64,000 nt of DNA from IMG/VR virus record IMGVR_UViG_3300027969_000041, one strand, 5' to 3'. Position 1 is the first letter of the stretch; every line of letters begins with the position of its first letter. Made by a program: the position numbers and the translations under genes. This document shows positions 1 through 8,187 of the stretch, one piece after another. The notes beneath the pieces are model-generated. The model saw only the letters and a program-made list of their open reading frames with translations. It searched no databases and had not been told where the DNA came from. Source of the DNA: a virus (taxonomy: Duplodnaviria; Caudoviricetes).

Positions 1-2
1 TA

Positions 3-560
3 AACATCCCCTAAAATTCCAACTCCACCTGTGGCAGTAAATGCACCAGTGGTAGGGGATGTTGACGATGCTGTAGATGATACAAATATTTTGTCAGTTT
101 TTAATTTTCCGGTAGCAGGATTGTATGTTAGACCAAACCCAACACCCGCGCCTGCTTCACTAGAATTGTCACCGCGCAGTTCCTGTGCTCTAATAGTACC
201 AATTTCGTCAACAAACGTAAGGAAAAAAGATGAGTCAATATTAGTAGCTGTTACAATTACTTTGGTAGATGTAAAAGCCGCATCAATAATTCCGTGAATA
301 ATACCGCCTACCCACAAGTCTTTTCCAATGCCAACACCGCCGTCGACAACTAAGGCGCCAGTTTGTGTGTTAAATGCTTGATTTTGTCCTGTGAATCTGG
401 TATTTGGTGTCTGAATAGTTAAAATACCGTTAGGACTACTACTAATAATACTAGTGTTAGTAGAACTAATAATGACACTACCGTCAGGCGCGGAAATAGT
501 ATACGATGCACCAGGTGTCGGATTTGTTGATATTGTGCCTGATACTCTTATTGTAGCCAT
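3..560 (-). CDS. Virion structural/fibre-like protein, partial (runs off the left edge; missing from the ORF track)
   Basis: Read by hand: ATG at 560, open to the window edge (MATIRVSGTISTNPTPGASY...). Ser/Thr/Gly-rich, with TGALVVDGGVGIGKDLWVGG and a truncated second copy TGAFTATGGVGILGDV; the same motif occurs in the fibre gene 43342-44916. ATAAATA at 584-578 lies upstream. Confidence 0.75.
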   Translation of the reverse strand, partial: MATIRVSGTISTNPTPGASYTISAPDGSVIISSTNTSIISSSPNGILTIQTPNTRFTGQNQAFNTQTGALVVDGGVGIGKDLWVGGIIHGIIDAAFTSTKVIVTATNIDSSFFLTFVDEIGTIRAQELRGDNSSEAGAGVGFGLTYNPATGKLKTDKIFVSSTASSTSPTTGAFTATGGVGILGDV

Positions 561-588
561 TTTATATTCCTTTAGAGTATTTATTAGT

Positions 589-1074
589 TTAATGAATTCG
601 TAATTCCACAGCATCTATAAATGCTGGATCTTTGTGCGGCCAATGTAGATGTGCCTGTAATCTAATTACAACTCCAAAATTATTATCTAATGTTTCTATT
701 GATAAATTTTCCATTGCCCATACATCTGTTTTGTTGCCGTACAATTTAGTAGGTGCTAGATCTAATGTTGCACGATTTTCACTTACTTGGTCATTAATAA
801 CTAAACTGATTGTTTCATCAGTAACTCGTCCTCGTCTTTTAACCGACAACCTTAATTCAACTCCTGAAATAGTTTCAGGTAAGTTTTGAAAATTAAAGCC
901 AGTTGCTTTTAAGTAATAAGTCTTTGTTCGTAAATCATGTTTAGGACTTCTTGCGATATGTTCTAAACATCCATTGGTCGATTTTAAAGAATTATCCCAC
1001 TGTACATGCACTGATTCAGCACCTTCTTCGGCATATTGAGTCAATGTGGTTGGATTAGTCCATGGAGTGGTCAT
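589..1074 (-). CDS. Hypothetical late protein (161 aa), probably virion-associated
   Basis: Clean ORF in the late minus-strand operon; TAAATA at 1085-1080 just upstream; no recognised domain. Confidence 0.6.
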   Translation of the reverse strand: MTTPWTNPTTLTQYAEEGAESVHVQWDNSLKSTNGCLEHIARSPKHDLRTKTYYLKATGFNFQNLPETISGVELRLSVKRRGRVTDETISLVINDQVSENRATLDLAPTKLYGNKTDVWAMENLSIETLDNNFGVVIRLQAHLHWPHKDPAFIDAVELRIH

Positions 1075-1109
1075 ACCTATATTTACCTAAATAGATTTTA
1101 TACATATTA

Positions 1110-1142
1110 AATGAAAAAAGAACCCAAGGTTCTTTTTTCATT
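1110..1142. terminator. Bidirectional intrinsic terminator
   Basis: Perfect 15-bp inverted repeat AATGAAAAAAGAACC-CAA-GGTTCTTTTTTCATT with T-tracts on both strands, 33 nt after the stop of 1175-1870. Confidence 0.8.
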
Positions 1143-1174
1143 CTTCCTGTTAGGACCTAAGTCCCTATTCTTAA

Positions 1175-1870
1175 TTATTGGTTATCAATAGTTACTGTAG
1201 TATTGGCTACAGCACTACCAAAAGTCCATCCAGCAGTTGCACCAGATGCAAATTGTGAACCAATAGTTGTTGTGCCGCCATGTACGTTGGCAGCAGGAAC
1301 TAATACAACTTTGCGAGATGTTAGTTTAGCAACAAAATATGTGTTACCGGCACTGTCAGTGGCTTTGATACTCATCTCGCCTGCACTTTTGGCTTCTGTA
1401 GTTACTAGTGTGAAAAAACCAGTACCTTGACTTGTTTGTACTTTATAACGACGCGATCCTTGTTGTTTAACAACGTCGCCTGTAAGAATTTCAGCATCAC
1501 CTGAACCAAGTTGCGTTTCGCACTTAATGCCGTTAACTCTAGTTGAACTTAATGTTGCAGTTGGTGTTACAGTAGTAGAGCCGCCTGCAAGCGAGCCACG
1601 AACTGTTACAGTTGGGGCTGCTGTATAGCCTGAGCCAGCTGATACAACTGAAACACTACCTGTAGTAGTGCTTAATGCAGTAAATGCTAATACTGGTTTT
1701 GCTCCGCCAGTAATTTGTGGTGCAGTAATATCTGCGGCTAAAATTGTGAATGGACCGCCTGCGGCCATTCCAGCTAAACCAGTTACTGCGGCAACTGACG
1801 CTACACCTTCACCGCCTACACCTACTGCGTTAGTATTAGCAAAAAATTTCTTATTTAAAGGACGTCCCAT
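1175..1870 (-). CDS. Virion structural protein (231 aa), possible head decoration/outer protein
   Basis: Directly after the MCP gene. SD AAGGAG at 1884-1879; Gly/Thr/Ala-rich; carries the AGSGYTAAPTVTV motif also repeated in the 4526-aa protein. Confidence 0.6.
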   Translation of the reverse strand: MGRPLNKKFFANTNAVGVGGEGVASVAAVTGLAGMAAGGPFTILAADITAPQITGGAKPVLAFTALSTTTGSVSVVSAGSGYTAAPTVTVRGSLAGGSTTVTPTATLSSTRVNGIKCETQLGSGDAEILTGDVVKQQGSRRYKVQTSQGTGFFTLVTTEAKSAGEMSIKATDSAGNTYFVAKLTSRKVVLVPAANVHGGTTTIGSQFASGATAGWTFGSAVANTTVTIDNQ

Positions 1871-1872
1871 TT

Positions 1873-1975
1873 TATTTTCTCCTTGATGAAAAACAGCGTT
1901 CTAGGCTGTACGCGGTTGGATTTCCGCATAAAACTTACCCTATGTAAGTTATACCATTTATTTATGCGTTCCAAC
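1873..1975 (-). promoter_or_regulatory. Late promoter plus structured 5' leader (three hairpins, alternative long stem)
   Basis: ATAAATA at 1965-1959; stems 1932-1938/1944-1950, 1909-1915/1924-1930 and 1893-1897/1905-1909; SD at 1884-1879. Confidence 0.6.
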
Positions 1976-2000
1976 ATTAACTGTAACTATACTTAATCAA

Positions 2001-2023
2001 CAAAAAACCCGCCGAAGCGGGTT
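2001..2023 (-). terminator. Intrinsic terminator after the major capsid gene
   Basis: Minus strand AACCCGC-TTCG-GCGGGTT followed by a T-tract. Confidence 0.9.
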
Positions 2024-2054
2024 AATTGTTTGCTTTTTTAAGACAAGTAACGGA

Positions 2055-3239
2055 TTACTTGAAGCTTACTTTTGCGCTAGTGATAGCAACTTTACCTAAG
2101 TAGTCAGCTGCATTACCTAGAGAAGAAGCAGTGTTGCTTAACTCTACATAACCGTAACGTGTTAGGAAGCCAACTACTGGCTCAAATGTTGCTGGGTCTA
2201 AAACAACACCAGAAGACATTAGAGGAATGTAAGGGCAATAGAAAGCAGCGGCATCAGCTTCGCTAGAACCTTTGTAACCGATCAATACTTGGTTAGCATC
2301 TTGAGCAGTTGCATCAGTCATGTAAGCGTCAACATAGATACGCATTGCGCCGTTTAGTGTACCAACAAACTTAGTGTTTGTAGGTGCTTCGAATGTACCT
2401 TCTGTAGTACGAGCAAAAGCAGATGTTGTTGCAGACTGAAGGATCGTTAGAGCCTGGTTAGAAACAACAGCCCAGTTACCTGAACCACGACGTGTACGTT
2501 GAGCGATCAAGTTGCTTACGCGATTGATCTGGATGGCTAGAGCGGCATGCTCGTCACCAACGAATGTAGCTGTACCAGAAACTAATGACTGGTCATATGT
2601 TTCTTCAACAGAAGCCAAGCTACGTAAAGAAGCTAGGATCTCTTGATCGATTTCAGCTGTGATTTCTTGTGCTAGAGCAGCCATGATTTCTGCTTCGATG
2701 TCAATGCCTTGTTGGGCTTGTGCATCTTGAGCAGCTTCAAAAGTCCAACGTGCGCTTAGTTTACGAGACTTAGCTTCGACTGGGCTCTTCAAGATTTGAA
2801 TGCTCATACGCTTGCCTGGACGACCTTCAAGGGCAGCAGTTGAAGTTGCTCTTGGAGATGTTGTGCTATCACCGTTACCAGAATAACCAGCAGCGATTTT
2901 GAATGGGCTTAGTGCCTCTTCACCAGCTTGTACTTGGTCGTCAGCGTCAGCATAACGAACACGTAAAGTGTGGATCTGTGCAACTGGGCCTGTCATTGGC
3001 TGAACACCAATGATTTCGTTAGCAATAACTGTAGGCATAACACGACGGATAACTGGTAGAATAACACGGTTAAGTGTAGCTACGTTACCTGCAGATGTTG
3101 CACCAGCTGTTGCGCTCTCAGCCAAGTGGCGACGAGTGTTTTCTAGGCAAACTGCCATAGAAGACTTACGGTTACCGGATAGGCCTTCAAGCAGAGCTTC
3201 TTTGGTCTCTGACCATCTTTCATTTAATAATTGTGACAT
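2055..3239 (-). CDS. gp23: Major capsid protein, T4 gp23 family
   Basis: Motifs VIRRVMPTVIANEIIGVQPMTGP, AKSRKLSARWTFEAAQD, EITAEIDQE, AAFYCPYIPL, TRYG; follows the protease and scaffold genes. Confidence 0.96.
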   Translation of the reverse strand: MSQLLNERWSETKEALLEGLSGNRKSSMAVCLENTRRHLAESATAGATSAGNVATLNRVILPVIRRVMPTVIANEIIGVQPMTGPVAQIHTLRVRYADADDQVQAGEEALSPFKIAAGYSGNGDSTTSPRATSTAALEGRPGKRMSIQILKSPVEAKSRKLSARWTFEAAQDAQAQQGIDIEAEIMAALAQEITAEIDQEILASLRSLASVEETYDQSLVSGTATFVGDEHAALAIQINRVSNLIAQRTRRGSGNWAVVSNQALTILQSATTSAFARTTEGTFEAPTNTKFVGTLNGAMRIYVDAYMTDATAQDANQVLIGYKGSSEADAAAFYCPYIPLMSSGVVLDPATFEPVVGFLTRYGYVELSNTASSLGNAADYLGKVAITSAKVSFK

Positions 3240-3262
3240 TTTAATTGTCTCCTTGAATATAA

Positions 3263-4357
3263 TTATTTAGATAAACCCGCTAACTTGCGGATATCTAAGA
3301 TGTTATCTAAGCCTACCTCAGGCTTGCTTTCACGATTTCCAGTTACGGCTGAACTTTCTGCTAGCATTGCTTTCTTAGGAGCAGGTTTGCGTGATTGTCC
3401 GTCCATTACAGCTGGTAGGTACTTATCGAAAGCTTCATTTAGTTTCTGAGTCTGTACAGACTCAAGAAGTTCTTTCATGATCTCTCTCTTGCTAGCGTCC
3501 AATGGACCTAACAACTCGCCCATAACAACTTTACGTTCCATCAAATCTTTCTGAATACGAATTTCGCGATCTTTGGATTCTACGATAGTAGTTTTTTCTG
3601 TTACTGCTTGTTTTGCTTCGGATAATTCTTGATCTTTCTTAGCGATGATCTTTAACAATTTACTTGTTTCAGATTTCTCATTTAGATAAGAACTAGAATA
3701 TTCTTGTGCAAATGCTTCATAAATTTTACGACCAAAATCATTTGTACGAGCACTGTCAATATCTTCTTTCAATTGCTTGATTTCAGATGTTAACTTTTTA
3801 GTTACTACGTTTTCGACAACTTTAGCACTATGCTTGATGAAGTTTGTTTTAATATCTTCAAATTTGCTCTTTGCTTCACGGACTAACTTAACTTTCGTTT
3901 CAGCTAGGTCACGTTTGTCTACAGCAAACTCACCGATCTCTTTAGCTAGAGCGTGAACTACGAATTGCTCTAACTTGCTGAAATTCTCAGAAACTTTCTT
4001 ACGGTCTCCTTGGAACTCAACTAATTCTTTGCCTAATTGATTAATAACAAATCCTTCTAACTTTTTAGCATCTTCAGCAATACGAGTTTGGTATTGTGCT
4101 TTTGCTTCAGCTAGAGCTTTTTTGTCATTGTGCAATTCAGCCATTTCTACGGCCAATCTATCGCTTAACATCTTGTCGATTGCTTCAACCATAACAGTCT
4201 TATCATGACTGTATTTTTGTGCAAACTCTTCACGAAGTTCTGCGGTGACTTGGTCGCGATTCTCTTGAAGTTTAGCGGCAAGGGCAATTTCGACAACTTG
4301 TTGTGTCTCTACTGTCATTACGCCTGACTCTACTAATTGTTTGAATGCGTCCAACAT
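3263..4357 (-). CDS. gp22: Prohead core scaffolding protein, gp22-like
   Basis: Coiled-coil, E/K-rich 364 aa located between gp21 and gp23 as in T4-like phages. Confidence 0.8.
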   Translation of the reverse strand: MLDAFKQLVESGVMTVETQQVVEIALAAKLQENRDQVTAELREEFAQKYSHDKTVMVEAIDKMLSDRLAVEMAELHNDKKALAEAKAQYQTRIAEDAKKLEGFVINQLGKELVEFQGDRKKVSENFSKLEQFVVHALAKEIGEFAVDKRDLAETKVKLVREAKSKFEDIKTNFIKHSAKVVENVVTKKLTSEIKQLKEDIDSARTNDFGRKIYEAFAQEYSSSYLNEKSETSKLLKIIAKKDQELSEAKQAVTEKTTIVESKDREIRIQKDLMERKVVMGELLGPLDASKREIMKELLESVQTQKLNEAFDKYLPAVMDGQSRKPAPKKAMLAESSAVTGNRESKPEVGLDNILDIRKLAGLSK

Positions 4358-4374
4358 TTATTTCTCCTCGGGCT

Positions 4375-5007
4375 TTATTTTAGACCTTTAATAATATTCA
4401 AAAGAGACTCTTGAATATATTTCTGGGCCTTTGGATCTTCTTTTACTTCTGTTGCTACCTTGAATGCTCTCATCCCGCCTCTAGTGTTCATAATATGCTC
4501 ATAAACAGGAGTAGGATAAGCGCCAGGAGCACTTGGCTGTGCAACTACGTCTACAGTAATAATTTCGAAATCTGATACATGGCCGTTTCCGTCGTTAACG
4601 TTGCCGCTACCACGAGAACTAACACCAAGTTTTACACCGCTTTCGAGCATTGTGCGTACTAAGTTACCCATCGGTGTAGGAAGGATTTTCATCTTTCCAT
4701 AACCGTTAGGACCTTCCATCCACATTTGAGTGATCATATGGGATACACGGTCCAAATTTACTTTAAGATCATCTGGGTGATCAACTTCGCCTAGAACGCT
4801 ATACCCGTTTTGAATTTGATCGTTAAGTGTTTTCACAGCACGTTCAATTTCATCTACAGGGTAGACACGTTGATTAGCATTGCGAATACCACCTTGGATA
4901 GCAATACCTTTTAAGTAAAGGCTCTTGCCATCCTTGTCGTCAGACTCAAGTACTACTCCAGCCTGATCAAAACTTAGGTTTTCACGAAGATAGGAAATCT
5001 GTCTCAT
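4375..5007 (-). CDS. gp21: Prohead maturation protease, T4 gp21 family
   Basis: LYLKGIAIQ, NANQRVYP, LGEVDHP, KLGVSSRGSG and DVVAQPSAP motifs. Confidence 0.95.
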   Translation of the reverse strand: MRQISYLRENLSFDQAGVVLESDDKDGKSLYLKGIAIQGGIRNANQRVYPVDEIERAVKTLNDQIQNGYSVLGEVDHPDDLKVNLDRVSHMITQMWMEGPNGYGKMKILPTPMGNLVRTMLESGVKLGVSSRGSGNVNDGNGHVSDFEIITVDVVAQPSAPGAYPTPVYEHIMNTRGGMRAFKVATEVKEDPKAQKYIQESLLNIIKGLK

Positions 5008-5020
5008 CCAGTTTCTCTAA

Positions 5021-6016
5021 TTAAGCGTTACGATTAGGAGCACCGTTTAGTGGGCTCTTAGCTTGACCAACGCTTGTTTGTCCAGCTTTGTCACCTGTAC
5101 CAGAACCAACTGGTCCAGCTGTCTTGCTGTTTTGTGTAACTTTGCTTAGGTTCTTAACGCCCATCTTTCCGCCAGGAACGTTACCGTTACCAGTTTTCAT
5201 GTCTTGTGCGTTTTTAACAAACCCGCCAACTTTACCGTTGGGGCTTGTTCCGTCCATAGCGCCTTCACCTGTAGCACTTTGATTAATGCCACCTGCGCCT
5301 GCACCTGTTACTGGCTTACCTTTGCCAGAACTTACTGGGCTTTTGCCTTCTACAGGAGCCGGCATGCCTTCACCTGTGTTAGCACCAGCGTATTGACCTT
5401 GTGTCTTTTGGCTGTTCTTTTCCCAGTCGTTTCCAACTTTCTCAGTGTACTCGCGTGTCATACGACGACCTTCGCGCATACCCATCATTTCGTCTTCTGG
5501 TTTGTCGTCACCGCCAAATGCTGGCGTATCGCCCATGTCTTTGTCCATGTCGTCACCGGAAGGTCCCATTCCGCCCTTAGCTTGTTCTAGATCGGCAAAA
5601 GCAGCTTCTAGTTCGGCAATAGCGTTCTTGATGTCAAAGATTGCAGACGCTTCGCTGCCTTCTTCTCCACCCATTTCGGGTTCTGTAGCACCGACGTCAC
5701 CGCCGAAGTCACCTGTTTTTTCCATTCCGCCGGCTTCTGGGTCTTCACCTTCGTCATCGGCTTCCATGCTATATGAATCTTCTAGATCCACGTTTTCATC
5801 AACTGATTCGTCTGCATCTTCTTCAGCTTCGTCAACTGATTCTTCTGCATCTTCATCTTCTGCTTCATCAACAGATTCTTCTTGCTCTTCTTCAGCAATC
5901 AGATTTTCGTATATATCTCTAGATTTCTCAACAACGATTTCATGGAAAAGTTCATTGGCTTTATCCATTTCTTCGTTTACTAAAAGATCTAGGAGTTGTT
6001 CAAATTTTGTAGACAT
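5021..6016 (-). CDS. Acidic prohead core/internal protein (positional analogue of T4 gp67/68)
   Basis: Between portal and protease genes; very acidic N-terminal half with ESVDE repeats, Gly/Lys-rich low-complexity C-terminal half. Confidence 0.6.
   Translation of the reverse strand: MSTKFEQLLDLLVNEEMDKANELFHEIVVEKSRDIYENLIAEEEQEESVDEAEDEDAEESVDEAEEDADESVDENVDLEDSYSMEADDEGEDPEAGGMEKTGDFGGDVGATEPEMGGEEGSEASAIFDIKNAIAELEAAFADLEQAKGGMGPSGDDMDKDMGDTPAFGGDDKPEDEMMGMREGRRMTREYTEKVGNDWEKNSQKTQGQYAGANTGEGMPAPVEGKSPVSSGKGKPVTGAGAGGINQSATGEGAMDGTSPNGKVGGFVKNAQDMKTGNGNVPGGKMGVKNLSKVTQNSKTAGPVGSGTGDKAGQTSVGQAKSPLNGAPNRNA
5796..5884 (-). repeat. Three degenerate intragenic repeats encoding ESVDE units
   Basis: tcRtcaacWgattc at 5796-5809, 5829-5842 and 5865-5878 (33 and 36 nt spacing). 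Confidence 0.7.
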
Positions 6017-6045
6017 TAATAATTCTCCTTAATTGGTAGCGGCAA

Positions 6046-6168
6046 GGCTGTAATGTTATTTACAGCCGTTCTGATATACTTATGTGAAATAGGCCTAAAA
6101 CGAGCCGTTTTAGGCAAATAGACGCAGAGTTTTGCTCTGGATTGACAAATTTTTGTTAAAAATATTTA
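6046..6168 (-). promoter_or_regulatory. Hairpin-rich intergenic region with two TAAATA late-promoter boxes
   Basis: Inverted repeats 6046-6053/6060-6067 (8 bp), 6093-6102/6106-6115 (10 bp), 6125-6129/6135-6139 and 6142-6149/6152-6159; TAAATA at 6062-6057 and 6168-6163. Confidence 0.55.
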
Positions 6169-6200
6169 GTTTCTGTTCTAAAATATTAAACATACAGTTA

Positions 6201-6443
6201 TTATACGGCCGCTTCGGGCGGCGGCATAGCATACATTTTACGAACTAGACCTAATTCTTCTTTCTTTTCTTGCTCACGAGAATCGCCTGCTTTGCGTAGA
6301 TCATTCAACATCCGTAGTGTTAAACGAGTCTTACGAAGATCAGATTTGCGTAAAACGCTGGTATCGTTTTGACTTAGATAGCGATTATCCTCAATGGGAT
6401 CGGCGCTTTTATTATCAAAATAAGTAAATTCTCTTAGTAGCAT
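6201..6443 (-). CDS. Small head-module protein (80 aa)
   Basis: Directly after the portal gene; ATAAATA at 6455-6449 overlaps the portal stop; N-terminus MLLREF. Confidence 0.65.
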   Translation of the reverse strand: MLLREFTYFDNKSADPIEDNRYLSQNDTSVLRKSDLRKTRLTLRMLNDLRKAGDSREQEKKEELGLVRKMYAMPPPEAAV

Positions 6444-6451
6444 GATGTTAT

Positions 6452-8179
6452 TTATGCGGCTGGTGCTACAGGAGCTTCGGCACCAGTTTCGCCGCCAGGC
6501 ATTGGTTCTTCACCTGGTGCAGGTGGAGGAGGAGCTGTAGAACTTAGACCGCTTACATCGCCGGCCATACCGTTTGCTGTGATACCTGCTGTTCGTAGTT
6601 CAGCATTTGCACTTAAACTTGTATCTTCGTCGATGTTTTCTTCTTTCCACTGTGTTTCGTTTTCTGCAATTTCTTCTTGAGTTAGTCCTAAGAAGCGTTT
6701 CATAGCAAATCGTTTGCTTAAGAAAGGAACACCAACCATGGTAGCAAATGTGTTTACACGGGCTGTATCCATTTCAGCTTGACGATAACTGGCAAAGTTT
6801 TGTGGAGGATTAAACTTAACATCAAAAATATTGCTGTCAATATTAATACCTTTGGCATGTAGATACATTTTAAATTCTGTATCAAACGGACCATTCATTA
6901 AACTTTGCAGTCGTTCGCAGTACTTGTTGAATCTAAGTTCTTGAATGTAGGCTGTTCCAACTCTACCATCATTAAAGTTAGATCCACCGTCGTCGGAACC
7001 AGTAGGTAGATAACTGCTAGGAATGCGTAAAGCCCTAAACAGCTTATTAGTAAAATATTTAAGATCATCAATTTCTCCTAGGTTAGTTCCACCTGGTAGG
7101 ATTTCAACTTTACTTCCACGACCTTCAGCTGTCTGCGGAAAGAAATAGTCTTCGTTGATGCTCAGTGGATTGTATCCTGCATCAACTACTGTTTGGCCTC
7201 CACCGGTTGTACTAGGAATACGACGTTGGTTTACTTCGTTTTTAACACGCTCAACAAAGCTCATTGCCAAGTGACTGGGCATGTTACCGACATCAATATA
7301 GAATACTCTGCGCTCAGGTGCTCGTTGTACCCGATAGATAATAATAGCATCTTCTAGCAATTCTTTTTGTTTGAATACTTTAAAAATACTTTCCATTAAG
7401 CTGTTACCAAACGGGAAGTTGTTATCTAAACCCTCGCTCATCGAAATATGAATTACATGTTTTGCATCAATTGCATATTGGTTTTGATTTTCACTAAATC
7501 TACTACCGTTAGTACTTGTTGGAAATGATCCAACCATGCCGCGTGATCCACCTGCGCCACCTTGACCTGTACCGTAGCTACCACCAAACTGGCTACCGCC
7601 ACCCTGCAAGTTACTAGGATTAATAGCAGTAGTTGCTAGTGTTTCTAAATTAGGATTGAAGTCACGAATCATGTATTGTTCGGGCTTCTTGCCCTCTGAT
7701 TCGTTGACAATAATTTTATCTACTTTGGCAGGATCAATGTACATCCATGACTGTGTTTCTGGATCACGAACAAAAAATACATCACCGTATTTGAAAGCAT
7801 TACGCACAATCTTAAAGATGCGTATGTCAAACTTGTTTAGTTTAGTCCACTGTTGTAGATACTTTTTAATGATCTTAATTTCAGTAGCAGTAGCCTGCTC
7901 TTTAAAAAACACACTAAACGGTGTTTGATTTTCATCGTTGGTTTGACTGCAGAATTCTGCAAGGATGTCTAAGGCAGCATTAACTTCACTGTCTGTATCC
8001 ATGGTATCATACTGGCCATAACGTTCAAGACGATTTGGGTGGCCGGCATAAACATCAGGCAAATAGCTTGAGTAGTTTGTGCGGGTAGGGTTACTACCGC
8101 CAGTTTGCATCGCGCCACTAATTGGACTCAATTTACCAGAAGTATTAACAGGAGTAAAGTATTTTTTCCAGGTTGCCAT
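6452..8179 (-). CDS. gp20: Portal vertex protein, T4 gp20 family
   Basis: LLEDAIIIYRVQRAPERRVFYIDVGNMP, EDYFFP, GRGSKVEILPGGTNLGEIDD and LFRALRIPSS motifs. Confidence 0.96.
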   Translation of the reverse strand: MATWKKYFTPVNTSGKLSPISGAMQTGGSNPTRTNYSSYLPDVYAGHPNRLERYGQYDTMDTDSEVNAALDILAEFCSQTNDENQTPFSVFFKEQATATEIKIIKKYLQQWTKLNKFDIRIFKIVRNAFKYGDVFFVRDPETQSWMYIDPAKVDKIIVNESEGKKPEQYMIRDFNPNLETLATTAINPSNLQGGGSQFGGSYGTGQGGAGGSRGMVGSFPTSTNGSRFSENQNQYAIDAKHVIHISMSEGLDNNFPFGNSLMESIFKVFKQKELLEDAIIIYRVQRAPERRVFYIDVGNMPSHLAMSFVERVKNEVNQRRIPSTTGGGQTVVDAGYNPLSINEDYFFPQTAEGRGSKVEILPGGTNLGEIDDLKYFTNKLFRALRIPSSYLPTGSDDGGSNFNDGRVGTAYIQELRFNKYCERLQSLMNGPFDTEFKMYLHAKGINIDSNIFDVKFNPPQNFASYRQAEMDTARVNTFATMVGVPFLSKRFAMKRFLGLTQEEIAENETQWKEENIDEDTSLSANAELRTAGITANGMAGDVSGLSSTAPPPPAPGEEPMPGGETGAEAPVAPAA

Positions 8180-8187
8180 ATATTATT

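Noticed and set aside
1891-1935. preQ1-I riboswitch-like look on the plus strand (stem with GTTCTAG loop, later A-run), tempting given the que genes
   Set aside because: It is antisense to the flanking genes, and I could not build the short P1 plus A-rich tail pseudoknot geometry; the minus-strand fold explains the G-U pair better.
6207-6225. GCCGC/GCGGC hairpin at the end of the 80-aa gene as a terminator
   Set aside because: It lies inside the CDS and lacks a following U-tract on the coding strand.
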